A stretch of 64,000 nucleotides of DNA, from positions 5,930,784 through 5,994,783 of the forward strand of contig CM121341.1 in NCBI GenBank assembly GCA_051530055.1, given 5' to 3'. Shown here piece by piece: positions 11,501-26,967 of the stretch. The position numbers and the translations under genes are program-made. The notes under the pieces are model-generated. The model was not told the origin of the DNA. It ran no database searches and worked only from the letters and a program-made list of their open reading frames with translations. Numbering within the stretch: the first letter of the stretch is position 1; each line of letters starts with the position of its first letter. This stretch comes from Neoechinorhynchus agilis (taxonomy: Eukaryota; Animalia; Acanthocephala).

Positions 11501-13549
11501 TGATAAAAGTTGATTTTTTTTGATATTTCAACGACCACGTCACAAAAATATGATTGCACCTTTTTTTTCTAAGAATCAATGTAAAAAGTATCGCGACTAT
11601 GGAACCAGGAAAGCGTCGACCAATGAGAGACTGCGTTCTAGTCGATCAGCGGCGGTACAACGAAGTAGGTCATTGTTGTTGTTGTTGTTTGATTGTTGAT
11701 CTGCGGAGACTGGAAGTTATGCGGTACAACGAAGTAGGTCATTGTTGTTGTTGTTTGATTGTTGATCTGCGGAGACTGGAAGTTATCGGCGGCGTAGGTC
11801 CCCGACGTTGACGTGGTCAGACTTTTGTTGTTTTTTTGAAAAGTGATTTTTTTTGATATTTCAACGACCACGTCACAAAAATATGATTGCACCTTTTTTT
11901 CAAGAATCAATGGGTAAAAAGTATCGCGACTATGGAACCAGGAAAGCGTCGACCAATGAGAGACTGCGTTCTAGTCGTGATCAGCGGCGGTACAACGAAG
12001 TAGGTCATGTTGTTGTTGTTTGATTGTTGATCTGCGGAGACTGGTTATGCGGTACAACGAAGTAGGTCATTGTTGTTGTTGTTGTTGTTTGATTGTTGAT
12101 CTGCGGAGACTGGAAGTTATCGGCGGCGTAGGTCCCCGACGTTGACGTGTCGACTTTTGTTGTTTTTTTGATAAAAGTTGATTTTTTTTGATATTTCAAC
12201 GACCACGTCACAAAAATATGATTGCACCTTTTTTTTCTAAGAATCAATGGGTAAAAAGTATCGCGACTATGGAACCAGGAAAGCGTCGACCAATGAGAGA
12301 CTGCGTTCTAGTCGTGATCAGCGGCGGTACAACGAAGTAGGTCATTGTTGTTGTTGTTGTTGTTTGATTGTTGATCTGCGGAGACTGGAAGTTATGCGGT
12401 ACAACGAAGTAGGTCATTGTTGTTGTTGTTTGATTGTTGATCTGCGGAGACTGAAGTCGGCGGCGTAGGTCCCGACGTTGACGTGGTCAGACTTTTGTTG
12501 TTTTTTTGATAAAAGTTGATTTTTTTTGATATTTCAACGACCACGTCACAAAAATATGATTGCACCTTTTTTTTCTAAGAATCAATGGGTAAAAAGTATC
12601 GCGACTATGGAACCAGGAAAGCGTCGACCAATGAGAGACTGCGTTCTAGTCGTGATCAGCGGCGGTACAACGAAGTAGGTCATTGTTGTTGTTGTTGTTG
12701 TTTGATTGTTGATCTGCGGAGACTGGAAGTTATGCGGTACAACGAAGTAGGTCATTGTTGTTGTTGTTGTTTGATTGTTGATCTGCGGAGACTGGAAGTT
12801 ATCGGCGGCGTAGGTCCCCGACGTTGACGTGGTCAGACTTTTGTTGTTTTTTTGATAAAAGTTGATTTTTTTTGATATTTCAACGACCACGTCACAAAAA
12901 TATGATTGCACCTTTTTTTTCTAAGAATCAATGGGTAAAAAGTATCGCGACTATGGAACCAGGAAAGCGTCGACCAATGAGAGACTGCGTTCTAGTCGTG
13001 ATCAGCGGCGGTACAACGAAGTAGGTCATTGTTGTTGTTGTTGTTTGATTGTTGATCTGCGGAGACTGGAAGTTATGCGGTACAACGAAGTAGGTCATTG
13101 TTGTTGTTGTTGTTTGATTGTTGATCTGCGGAGACTGGAAGTTATCGGCGGCGTAGGTCCCCGACGTTGACGTGGTCAGACTTTTGTTGTTTTTTTGATA
13201 AAAGTTGATTTTTTTTGATATTTCAACGACCACGTCACAAAAATATGATTGCACCTTTTTTTTCTAAGAATCAATGGGTAAAAAGTATCGCGACTATGGA
13301 ACCAGGAAAGCGTCGACCAATGAGAGACTGCGTTCTAGTCGTGATCAGCGGCGGTACATCGAAGTAGGTCATTGTTGTTGTTGTTGTTGTTGTTTGATTG
13401 TTGATCTGCGGAGACTGGAAGTTATCGGCGTAGGTCCCCGACGTTGACGTGGTCAGACTTTTGTTGTTTTTTTGATAAAAGTTGATTTTTTTTGATATTT
13501 CAACGACACGTCACAAAAATATGATTGCACCTTTTTTTTCTAAGAATCA

Positions 13550-16475
<2,926 letters not shown>

Positions 16476-16878
16476 ATCCAATTTTCCAGCATCTTCTCGA
16501 CAATGTAAAGAAAATCTTTTAAAGGGCATGTAGGCAGGATTCATCGAAGAAAAAAATTAGGACACATCAAAAACAACAAATTGCCACTCTTTAGCCACCT
16601 TAAACTCTCAAACTTGTTTAAACCCTCAATCGGATTGTTGGGAAGCGATTTCACATCTTTCGACTTGATTTGGTCTACAAAATGTAATATCAATATCAAC
16701 CGAATTTTTTGTCTTGTTGCGCAATAATTGCAGAAAATTCTAACAAAAAAAGGTTCAAAGGAAATGTGCTATACTCCCCATTAGATTGCTACAGCAATAA
16801 CTTTTACATTGTTCAAAAATGTTGGCAGAGTAAAAATAGAAAATTATGAGGAGGCACACGGGTATTAGTAAATTAATG

Positions 16879-17796
16879 AAACTCATAAACCTTAAATTCG
16901 TTTGAGTATAAGAGAAAACTGTGGTTTTACAAGAAGGCCGAAAATTATCAAAAATCAATTATTTGATCGCTCTAAAGTCATCTTTAATAATTGTATCGTT
17001 AACAGTAAATGGGAATTTAAAATCAGAACTAATGATTCATTTTTAATAAAGGAAGTTTATTAAGAAGATTTGGTTCTTTTCAGTTTATTTCAAGCTAAGA
17101 TCGTGCCTCGGACGCTGATGGCATTTCCTCGTTGAATTGCGAGGCTAATCCTTTGGATTAGGAAAGTCCTCTCACGTCGCTCTCCTGTGCAGGATGTGAG
17201 CCGCCGTCCGAGTTCAGCGCAGAAGTTTTGTGCTGACGATCCCAGTGCCCCTTGCGTTTCCACGCCGAAAGGAAGGAATATATAATTTTAGTAGACGTAA
17301 ACGAAATAGAAATCTATTACAACAAAACAACAACCAAAAAGGCATTAACAAAACTTCAATTTTTCTCGTCTCATTCTCTCGGCTGTTATTAAATATGGAA
17401 GCTTTTAGCTGTCTACGGTAACTATGGAAATATTAAGATATCTTCATTAAAGCCAGAGAAATTGGTTGGGATGTCCAAATCATTGACCGAGATTCGATCG
17501 GAATGTGGCAGTTCGCAGGCGTCCAGCGTTTCTGCTCAAGAGAAGGAACTGATAACTGTTGATAGTTGCGTGAATTCCGAGATTCATAGAAATTTGATGA
17601 GACCTCAGCATCTTGGTTTTGATTTTTCTAAAGTAATTGGCGAAAGTGATAGCGTAAGCAGTTCAAATAGTGAAATAAAAGTGGATCATGGCATGAGCGC
17701 TGATATTGTTCAAAAGATAACTGAAACTGTTCTTAAAGTTAACGCCGAGGCACTCAGTTCCAATATGACCGAATCAATGGCGAAAACCACCAAAGA
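16879..17796. repeat. 918-bp inverted duplication, arm B (partner 5113-6030)
   Basis: Reverse complement of 5113-6030. Identity ends abruptly after ACCACCAAAGA. Confidence 0.95.
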
Positions 17797-17926
17797 GGAG
17801 ACTAATAAGGATAACTTATATTTTAAAATAATTGTTGCTGGGACGTTTCTGCTGGCATTTATGATGGGAATGCACTTTTTTGTGATAATAGAACATTTCG
17901 CGGCCCACCGAAAGCTTAATTCGTGA
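17462..17926 (+). CDS. Hypothetical tail-anchored membrane protein, paralog B
   Basis: Same first 111 aa as paralog A, with a different but homologous tail (IIVAGTFLLAFMMGMHFFVIIEHFAAHRKLNS). Confidence 0.6.
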   Translation: MVGMSKSLTEIRSECGSSQASSVSAQEKELITVDSCVNSEIHRNLMRPQHLGFDFSKVIGESDSVSSSNSEIKVDHGMSADIVQKITETVLKVNAEALSSNMTESMAKTTKEETNKDNLYFKIIVAGTFLLAFMMGMHFFVIIEHFAAHRKLNS

Positions 17927-18588
17927 ATAAACAGCTCATTATTGAAGTGAACTTACGTGATTCGGTCGCCTTGTGACATAAAGTATTAGTTTTATTGGTT
18001 TTCACTGCCGAAACTGTTGATCGGATTTTTTTCGTTAAAACGGACCGAATTCGCCTGTGTGTCGTCGCGACGCTTAAAGTTTCACCAAGGACCATTTTGT
18101 TTAAAATTAGATACTAAAATGCTTATTGAAATATCTGATGCTAATCTTCTGTGTGAATTGTACCTTTTTTTTCGGACCAGTCGCCAAACTGCACTATTCT
18201 CAAATTTGTGAGAATGTAAAATAACGGAAACGGGAGCAAGTTTGTTGTCATGACCGGAATTTTTAACGGTCTTATTTAGAAGTATGGAACTGGCAAATAA
18301 TTTTTTTTATTAAAGACGTTTCGAATCTATCAAAAAAGACTTCATCTACTCATATAACTCGGTACTTCTTTACATATATCGAAATTTTTCTAATATTATA
18401 AGCACTCCAGCCAATCACAGTACGAGCAGCCTAATTATCTCAAAGCGTAGCTGTCGAATGGCGTGAAGAACAAATGGAATCGTAATTTCCTCGCGCGCGT
18501 GCGGATACAAAAAAAGCATTTTCAGCTGAGAGATTGTAGTTTAAGTATTTTTGGATGACCTGGATTTGTTTTTCGGAATAATTTTCTT

Positions 18589-18737
18589 TTTATTGATAGT
18601 TGCAACCTTTTTTTAGCCTCCCCGATGACTGATTTGTACGAACTTTCGTCTCGGAAACAATACCTGAAGAGGTCTGCATGTAGACGAAAATTCGTAGAAA
18701 TCAGTCATCGGGGAGGTTAAATGCAGCTATCAATAAA
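18589..18737. mobile_element. Hairpin / MITE-like element
   Basis: CCTCCCCGATGACTGATTT...TTCGTCT pairs with AGACGAA...AAATCAGTCATCGGGGAGG. Outer arms TTTATTGATAGTTGCA / TGCAGCTATCAATAAA. Confidence 0.55.
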
Positions 18738-19040
18738 TTGGAATTCCCCCCCCCCCGATTGAAATCAAAGACAATAATTTTCTCCCAATGTCCGTGAAAT
18801 TGTCGTAAACAAAAACGAAAGAATGTCATCGACAGGAACCACTGTCAGCCTCGTCTACACGTGAATAATCAATGATTTTACACTTGAATCGCGCGTTTTT
18901 TGTTGTTGCCCGAATGGAAACGAACGAGTTCGTGGTCCAAGTGTTTTATTTCCTTAAAGATTTTTCTCATGAATGATCAATTCAAATGGATGTCCTTATA
19001 GCCTTTGGACCGCTTATCGTCGAAAAAGTTGCGTTTTTAG

Positions 19041-22000
19041 ATGAATCTAATAAGATCTTTGATCCAAAAAATCCAATACCTCGCTCATAAACTCGATCAT
19101 GACGTCGAAGGCTCAAGTGTTGATAAAATCGAAGAATTCGCTCGGTCATTTAACAAATTCAAAAATGTTATTGTAATGTGCGGAGCTGGATTATCTACAG
19201 GTTTTAGCTGTCATTGTACATCGATATGGTTCCATCTTCAATTAGCTGCCGGAATTCCTGATTTTCGATCTCCCAAATCTGGCATCTATGCCATGTTTGC
19301 AGTGGGAACACTCAATCCGGAATCATTATTTGAAATTTCGGCATTTAAAGTTCGTGCAAACCGTTTTATCTCTCTCATCATTTTCGTCCATAGCGAGATC
19401 CTGCACCATTTTATAAGGCCGTAAAAGTGTTGTTTCCAACTAGATTAATGGTATTTTAAATTTTATTCTTCAACTCGTACTCATCGTCTACTTAAGCCAA
19501 CAAGAGGACATTATTTTATTAGATTCCTGCAAGAATTGGGCGTTCTTAAAAGAGTATACACTCAGGTATTTGTGTTCTTGCCTTATTCAGTCTTTCACCA
19601 AAAAAAAGAGAGATCCTCAAATACGTGGATTTTAATTATGTGGCCAACATTCATGGTCTAATTTCAGTTTATACTCTTTTTGTAACAACAAAACGTTTCA
19701 ACACCAACGTCCACGAAGAAGAGCTTTTTTCAGTGATCGCGACCACGCTCGTTGCGTTTCTGCCGAGCTACCGAGTGGTCCAAGAGTCTCCACTTTCTTG
19801 TCTTGCCCTGGAGTCTACTCTGCAAAACTCCTTCGTAAATCTAAGTGCCGAGCTACCGAGTGGTCCAAGAGTCTCCACTTTCTTGTCTTGCCCCGGAGTC
19901 TATTCTGTATAACTCCTTCGTAAATCTAAGTGCCGAGCTATCGAGTGGTCCAGAGTCTCCACTTTCTTGTCTTGCCCTGGAGTCTATTCTGCAAAACTCC
20001 TTCGTAAATCTAAGTGCCGAGCTATCGAGTATGGTCCAAGAGTCTCACTTTGTATCCTCGCCCTGGAGTCTATTTCTGCAAAACTCCTTCGTAAATCTAA
20101 GTGCCGAGCTACCGAGTGGTCCAAGAGTCTCCACTTTCTTGTCTTGCCCTGGAGTCTATTCTGCAAAACTCCTTCGTAAATCTAAGTGCCGAGCTATCGA
20201 AGGTGGTCCAAGAGTCTCCCACTTTCTTGTCTTGCCCCGGAGTCTATTCTGCAAAACTCCTTCGTAAATCTAAGTGCCGAGCTACCGAGTGGTCCAAGAG
20301 TCTCCACTTTCTTGTCTTGCCCTGGAGTCTACTCTGCATAACTCCTTCGTAAATCTAAGTGCCGAGCTATCGAGTGGTCCAAGAGTCTCCACTTTCTTGT
20401 CTTGCCCCGGAGTCTATTCTGCAAAACTCCTTCGTAAATCTAAGTGCCGAGCTATCGAGTGGTCCAAGAGTCTCCACTTTCTTGTCTTGCCCTGGAGTCT
20501 ATTCTGCATAACTCCTTCGTAAATCTAAGTGCCGAGCTATCGAGTGGTCCAAGAGTCTCCACTTTCTTGTCTTGCCCCGGAGTCTATTCTGCAAAACTCC
20601 TTCGTAAATCTAAGTGCCGAGCTACCGAGTGGTCCAAGAGTCTCCACTTTCTTGTCTTGCCCTGGAGTCTACTCTGCATAACTCCTTCGTAAATCTAAGT
20701 GCCGAGCTATCGAGTGGTCCAAGTCTCCACTTTCTTGTCTTGCCCCGGAGTCTATTCTGCAAAACTCCTTCGTAAATCTAAGTGCCGAGCTATCGAGTGG
20801 TCCAAGAGTCTCCACTTTCTTGTCTTGCCCTGGAGTCTATTCTGCATAACTCCTTCGTAAATCTAAGTGCCGAGCTATCGAGTGGTCCAAGTCTCACTTT
20901 TCTTGTCTTGCCCCGGAGTCTATTCTGCAAAACTCCTTCAGCAAATCTAAGTGCCGAGCTACCGAGTGGTCCAAGAGTCTCCACTTTCTTGTCTTGCCCT
21001 GGAGTCTACTCTGCATAACTCCTTCGTAAATCTAAGTGCCGAGCTATCGAGTGGTCCAAGAGTCTCCACTTTCTTGTCTCGCCCTGGAGTCTATTCTGCA
21101 AAACTCCTTCGTAAATCTAAGTGCCGAGCTATCGAGTGGTCCAAGAGTCTCCACTTTCTTGTCTCGCCCTGGAGTCTATTCTGCAAAACTCCTTCGTAAA
21201 TCAAAGTGCCGAGCTATCGAGTGGTCCAAGAGTCTCCACTTTCTTGTCTTGCCCCGGAGTCTATTCTGCAAAACTCCTTCGTAAATCTAAGTGCCGAGCT
21301 ACCGAGTGGTCCAGAGTCTCCACTTTCTTGTCTTGCCCTGGAGTCTATTCTGCATAACTCCTTCGTAAATCTAAGTGCCGAGCTATCGAGTGGTCCAAGA
21401 GTCTCATTTCTTGTCTTGCCCCGGAGTCTATTCTGCAAAACTCCTTCGTAAATCTAAGTGCCGAGCTATCGGGGGTGGTCCAGAGTCTCCACTTTCTTGT
21501 CTTGCCCTGGAGTCTATTCTGCAAAACTCCTTCGTAAATCTAAGTGCCGAGCTACCGAGTGGTCCAAAGATACTCCACTTTCTTGTCTTGCCCTGGAGTC
21601 TATTCTGCATAACTCCTTCGTAAATCTAAGTGCCGAGCTACCGGGTGGTCCAAGAGTCTCCACTTTCTTGTCTTGCCCTGGAGTCTATTCTGCAAAACTC
21701 CTTCGTAAATCTAAGTGCCGAGCTATCGAGTGGTCCAAGAGTCTCCACTTTCTTGTCTTGCCCTGGAGTCTATTCTGCAAAACTCCTTCGTAAATCTAAG
21801 TGCCGAGCTACCGAGTGGTCCAAGAGTATCCACTTTCTTGTCTCGCCCTGGAGTCTATTCTGCAAAACTCCTTCGTAAATCTAAGTGCCGAGCTATCGAG
21901 TGGTCCAAGAGTCTCCACTTTCTTGTCTCGCCCTGGAGTCTATTCTGCAAAACTCCTTCGTAAATCTAGGTGCCGAGCTACCGAGTTGTCCAAGAGTCTC

Positions 22001-25000
22001 CACTTTCTTGTCTTGCCCTGGAGTCTATTCTGCAAAACTCCTTCGTAAATCTAAGTGCCGAGCAACCGAGTGGTCCAAGAGTCTCCACTTTCTTGTCTTG
22101 CCCTGGAGTCTGCTCTGCATAACTCCTTCGTAAATCTAAGTGCCGAGCAACCGAGTGGTCCAAGAGTCTCCACTTTCTTGTCTTGCCCTGGAGTCTACTC
22201 TGCATAACTCCTTCGTAAATCTAAGTGCCGAGCTACCGAGTGGTCCAAGAGTCTCCACTTTCCTGTCTTGCCCTGGAGTCTATTCTGCAAAACTCCTTCG
22301 TAAATCTAAGTGCCGAGCTACCGAGTGGTCCAAGAGTCTCCACTTTCTTGTCTTGCCCTGGAGTCTACTCTGCAAAACTCCTTCGTAAATCTAAGTGCCG
22401 AGCTATCGAGTGGTCCAGAGTCTCCACTTTCTTGTCTCGCCCTGGAGTCTATTCTGCAAAACTCCTTCGTAAATCTAAGTGCCGAGCTACCGAGTGGTCC
22501 AAGAGTCTCCACTTTCTTGTCTCGCCCTGGAGTCTATTCTGCAAAACTCCTTCGTAAATCTAAGTGCCGAGCTACCGAGGGGACCAGGAGTCTCCACTTT
22601 CTTGTCTTGTCCTGGAGTCTACTCTGCATAACTCCTTCGTAAATCTAAGTGCCGAGCTATCGAGTGGTCCAAGAGTCTCCACTTTCTTGTCTTGTCCTGG
22701 AGTCTATTCTGCAAAACTCCTTCGTAAATCTAAGTGCCGAGCTACCGAGTGGTCCAAGAGTCTCCACTTTCTTGTCTTGCCCCGGAGTCTATTCTGCAAA
22801 ACTCCTTCGTAAATCTAAGTGCCGAGCTACCGAGTGGTCCAAGAGTCTCCACTTTCTTGTCTTGCCCTGGAGTCTATTCTGCGCCAACTCCTTCGTAAAT
22901 CTAAGTGCCGAGCTATCGAGTGGTCAAAGAGTCTCTTTCTTGTCTTGCCCCGGAGTCTATTCTGCAAAACTCCTTCGTAAATCTAAGTGCCGAGCTACCG
23001 AGTGGATTAAGAGTCTCCACTTTCTTGTCTTGCCCTGGAGTCTACTCTGCATAACTCCTTCGTAAATCTAAGTGCCGAGCTACCGAGTGGTCCAAGAGTC
23101 TCCACTTTCTTGTCTTGCCCTGGAATCTATTCTGCATAACTGCTTCGTAAATCTAAGTGCCGAGCTACCGAGTGGTCCAAGAGTCTCCACTTTCTTGTCT
23201 TGCCCTGGAGTCTACTCTGCATAACTCCTTCGTAAATCTAAGTGCCGAGCTACCGAGTGGTCCAAGAGTCTCCACTTTCCTGTCTTGCCCTGGAGTCTAT
23301 TCTGCAAAACTACTTCGTAAATCTAAGTGCCGAGCTACCGAGTGGTCCAAGAGTCTCCACTTTCTTGTCTTGCCCCGGAGTCTATTCTGCAAAACTCCTT
23401 CGTAAATCTAAGTGGCGAGCTACCGAGTGGTCCAAGAGTCTCCACTTTCTTGTCTTGCCCTGGAGTCTATTCTGCATAACTCCTTCGTAAATCTAAGTGC
23501 CGAGCTACCGAGTGGTCCAAGAGTCTCCACTTTCTTGTCTTGCCCCGGAGTCTATTCTGCAAAACTCCTTCGTAAATCTAAGTGCCGAGCTACCGAGTGG
23601 TCCAAGAGTCTCCACTTTCTTGTCTTGCCCTGGAGTCTATTCTGCATAACTCCTTCGTAAATCTAAGTGCCAGTATCGAAGGTGGTCCAAGAGTCTCCAC
23701 TTTCCTGTCTTGGCCTAGAGTCTACTCGCTTAACTCCTTCGTAAATCTAAGTGCCGAGCTACCGAGTGGTCCAAGAGTCTCCACTTTCTTGTCTTGCCCT
23801 GGAGTCTATTCTGCATAACTCCTTCGTAAATCTAAGTGCCGAGCTACTGAGTGGTCCAAGAGTCTCCACTTTCTTGTCTTGCCCTGGAGTCTATTCTGCA
23901 TAACTCCTTCGTAAATCTAAGTGCCGAGCTACCGAGTGGTCCAAGAGTCTCCACTTTCTTGTCTTGCCCTGGATTCTACTCTGCATAACTCCTTGGTAAA
24001 TCTAAGTGCCGAGCTACCGAGTGGTCCAAGAGTCTCCACTTTCTTGTCTTGCCCTGGATTCTACTCTGCATAACTCCTTCGTAAATCTAAGTGCCGAGCT
24101 ATCGGCGAATGGTCCAAGAGTCTCCACTTTCTTGTCTCGCCCTGGAGTCTATTCTGCAAAACTCCTTCGTAAATCTAAGTGCCGAGCTACCGAGTGGTCC
24201 AAGAGTCTCCACTTTCTTGTCTTGCCCCGGAGTCTATTCTGCAAAACTCCTTCGTAAATCTAAGTGCCGAGCTACCGAGTGGTCCAAGAGTCTCCACTTT
24301 CTTGTCTCGCCCTGGAGTCTATTCTGCAAAACTCCTTCGTAAATCTAAGTGCCGAGCTACCGAGTGGTCCAAGAGTCTCCACTTTCTTGTCTCGCCCTGG
24401 AGTCTATTCTGCAAAACTCCTTCGTAAATCTAAGTGCCGAGCTACCGAGTGGACCAGGAGTCTCCACTTTCTTGTCTTGCCCTGGAGTCTATTCTGCATA
24501 ACTCCTTCGTAAATCAAAGTGCCGAGCTATCGAGTGGTCCAAGAGTCTCCACTTTCTTGTCTTGTCCTGGAGTCTACTCTGCATAACTCCTTCGTAAATC
24601 TAAGTGCCGAGCTACCGAGTGGTCCAAGAGTCTCCACTTTCTTGTCTTGCCCTGGAGTCTATTCTGCAAAACTCCTTCGTAAATCTAAGTGCCGAGCTAC
24701 CAGGTAGTCCAAGGTCTCCACTTTCTTGTCTTGCCCCGGAGTCTATTCTGCAAAACTCCTTCGTAAATCTAAGTGCCGAGCTACCGAGTGGTCCAAGAGT
24801 CTCCACTTTCCTGTCTTCCCTGAGTCTATTCTGCAAAACTCCTTCGTAAATCTAAGTGCCGAGCTACCGAGTGGTCCAAGAGTCTCCACTTTCCTGTCTT
24901 GCCTAAGAGTCTATTCTGCAAAACTCCTTCGTAAATCTAAGTGCCGAGCTACCGAGTGGTCCAAGAGTCTCCACTTTCTTGTCTTGCCCCGGAGTCTATT

Positions 25001-26317
25001 CTGCAAAACTCCTTCGTAAATCTAAGTGCCGAGCTACCGAGTGGTCCAAGAGTCTCCACTTTCTTGTCTCGCCCTGGAGTCTATTCTGCAAAACTCCTTC
25101 GTAAATCTAAGTGCCGAGCTACCGAGTGGACCAGGAGTCTCTACTTTCTTGTCTTGTCCTGGAGTCTACTCTGCATAACTCCTTCGTAAATCTAAGTGCC
25201 GAGCTATCGAGTGGTCCAAGAGTCTCCACTTTCTTGTCTTGCCCTGGAGTCTATTCTGCATAACTAATGCGTAAATCTAAGTGCCGATCGCACCAAGCGT
25301 CTTTTTTTTAAGAAAAACAATTGCATTTTCGGTTGTTTTTTAACATCCGTGATTTTGATTGTGAACGAAAACGGAATTTTCTCTTTATCGAGTGATTTTT
25401 GTTTTGATAGAATATCGATGGTCTCGAGCGATTGGCCGGTATTAACGAGGATAAAATCGTTGAAGCACATGGATCATTTTCAAAGTCACATTGTACATTA
25501 TGTTCAAAGGAGTTCAATATTGCATGGCTTCTGAGTATGTGAATCTGAAATTCCATAATTTTAATTAAATGAAATTATGGTGTATGTGTGATCATAATTC
25601 CCATGAGAAAAATGGACGTTATGATCACTATTAATCCTAGCGACTGATGATATGATTTTTTAATAAAATCCAATTTTACAGATCAACTGAAAGACGTTGA
25701 TGTGCCTAAATGCGATTCGTGTGGTAAAGGAGTCGTAAAACCAGGTAAGACCAAATTATTATTCATATATCAATGATTCCGTGGAAAAAAAGACGTTGTG
25801 TTGTTTGGCGAAGCGCTTCCTTCAAGATTTTTTGGCTGCATTCAAGAAGTAAGTCGTTTTCACGATGCTTCATCATAACTTCATCGTAGGACAAAGGCCT
25901 TTGTGATTGTCTAATAATAATGGGAACATCATTGTCTGTACAACCGTTTTCATCGACTCACATTGAGTAACTTTTTTTTAAAAAAAGAAAAAGCTATCCA
26001 ACAATCTGTTTCGATCTAGGTTATGTCCGGAAGTTCCTCGAATACTCATTAACAAAAGTCGGGTTTCAACCCCTTGGGCTAGAGTAAAAGTCCCAGATGG
26101 AGATTGTCCCGACGTGTTCATGAAGACGACTTGTGATCAAGGCATCACCAATCTACTCCACTATGCTGGATATGGGGTAACTGAAATTCTGTTTGACGTG
26201 CTTTGCGTTTGAAAAACTAGAATTTAGGACCAATTTGAAAGATTTTATGCAGCAGAATTCGAACGAGCCAGGAAACTATCCTTGGACGATATGATAAATA
26301 TTGCCAAATTACATTGA
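19041..26317 (+). CDS. SIRT2: NAD-dependent deacetylase, sirtuin class I (SIRT2-like), multi-exon
   Basis: GAGLST-AAGIPDFRSP, RVYTQ|NIDGLERLAG...EAHGSF with CxxC and CxxC-GVVKP, VVLFGE. Intron 19566-25410 separates YTQ from NIDG. Confidence 0.9.
19761..25287. repeat. 85-bp satellite, about 65 copies, filling a SIRT2 intron
   Basis: Consensus TGCCGAGCTACCGAGTGGTCCAAGAGTCTCCACTTTCTTGTCTTGCCCTGGAGTCTATTCTGCAAAACTCCTTCGTAAATCTAAG, head to tail with no spacers. Confidence 0.98.
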
Positions 26318-26608
26318 TCGATTCTAATATAAATCGAATTTGCACGCGTGAGTCTAAAAAGAGCTAACCAACACTTTTGTGTTTGCTCTGTATTCTTACC
26401 AAATTCTGTTTTATCAATGTGTGGTGGCCTTTTATCACACACACACGGCTGATGATTTTCCTTGGGCACACAGCCCATCGATTTGGCTCAGGGAAGCGAA
26501 TAAAATCACTTAATATCGATGAATCATCCGGGTTTTGAATTTTTGATCCGTTTTGTTTTATAGCAATTGGAACACTCACCTTCTTCCTTTTTTTTAATTA
26601 AACGATGT

Positions 26609-26798
26609 TTGTGCGTTGGCGAATCCTGCCCCCGGTGCTTTCGTTACTCATTTATATTCGAAATATTTCACAAGGTTTTCCTTGCCTCTTCAGTCGATAT
26701 TGTACAATATCGACTGAAGAGGCAAGGAAAACCTTGTGAAATATTTCGAATATAAATGAGTAACGAAAGCACCGGGGGCAGGATTCGCCAACGCACAA
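26609..26798. repeat. Perfect 190-bp palindrome with no spacer
   Basis: TTGTGCGTTGGCGAATCC...GATATTGT|ACAATATC...GGATTCGCCAACGCACAA, centred at 26703/26704. Confidence 0.95.
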
Positions 26799-26967
26799 TC
26801 AAATTCACCCCGAGGACAATGATATATGACATTTCTAAATGTACACTGAAAAGTCAACGTCTTTTAAGAGAGTGAGTAATTTTCATCATACCCAAGTTTT
26901 TCTCGATGTAGAACTTCGCTTTTATACCAGTTCGGTCAATATCGAAGAGTTTAGTCGTTTTTTAGAT

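Noticed and set aside
9220-13254. Repeated poly-Thr (minus) and poly-Cys (plus) ORFs as a peptide gene family
   Set aside because: They are read-through of the PRP4K exon 1/intron array and its (TTG)n tract. Frameshifted copies and the ATG-TAA copy at 11579 show no coding constraint.
17118-17284. In-frame TGA in MAFPR*IARLILWIRK as Trp or Sec recoding
   Set aside because: TGA is a true stop in PRP4K, SIRT2, GRHPR, STX16 and PLD, where the conserved WT-stop terminus is seen. No SECIS was recognised.
19761-25287. CRISPR array, or repeat-encoded MPSYRVVQ proteins
   Set aside because: Units are head to tail with no unique spacers, no cas genes are present and the context is eukaryotic. The ORFs arise from the 85-bp periodicity.
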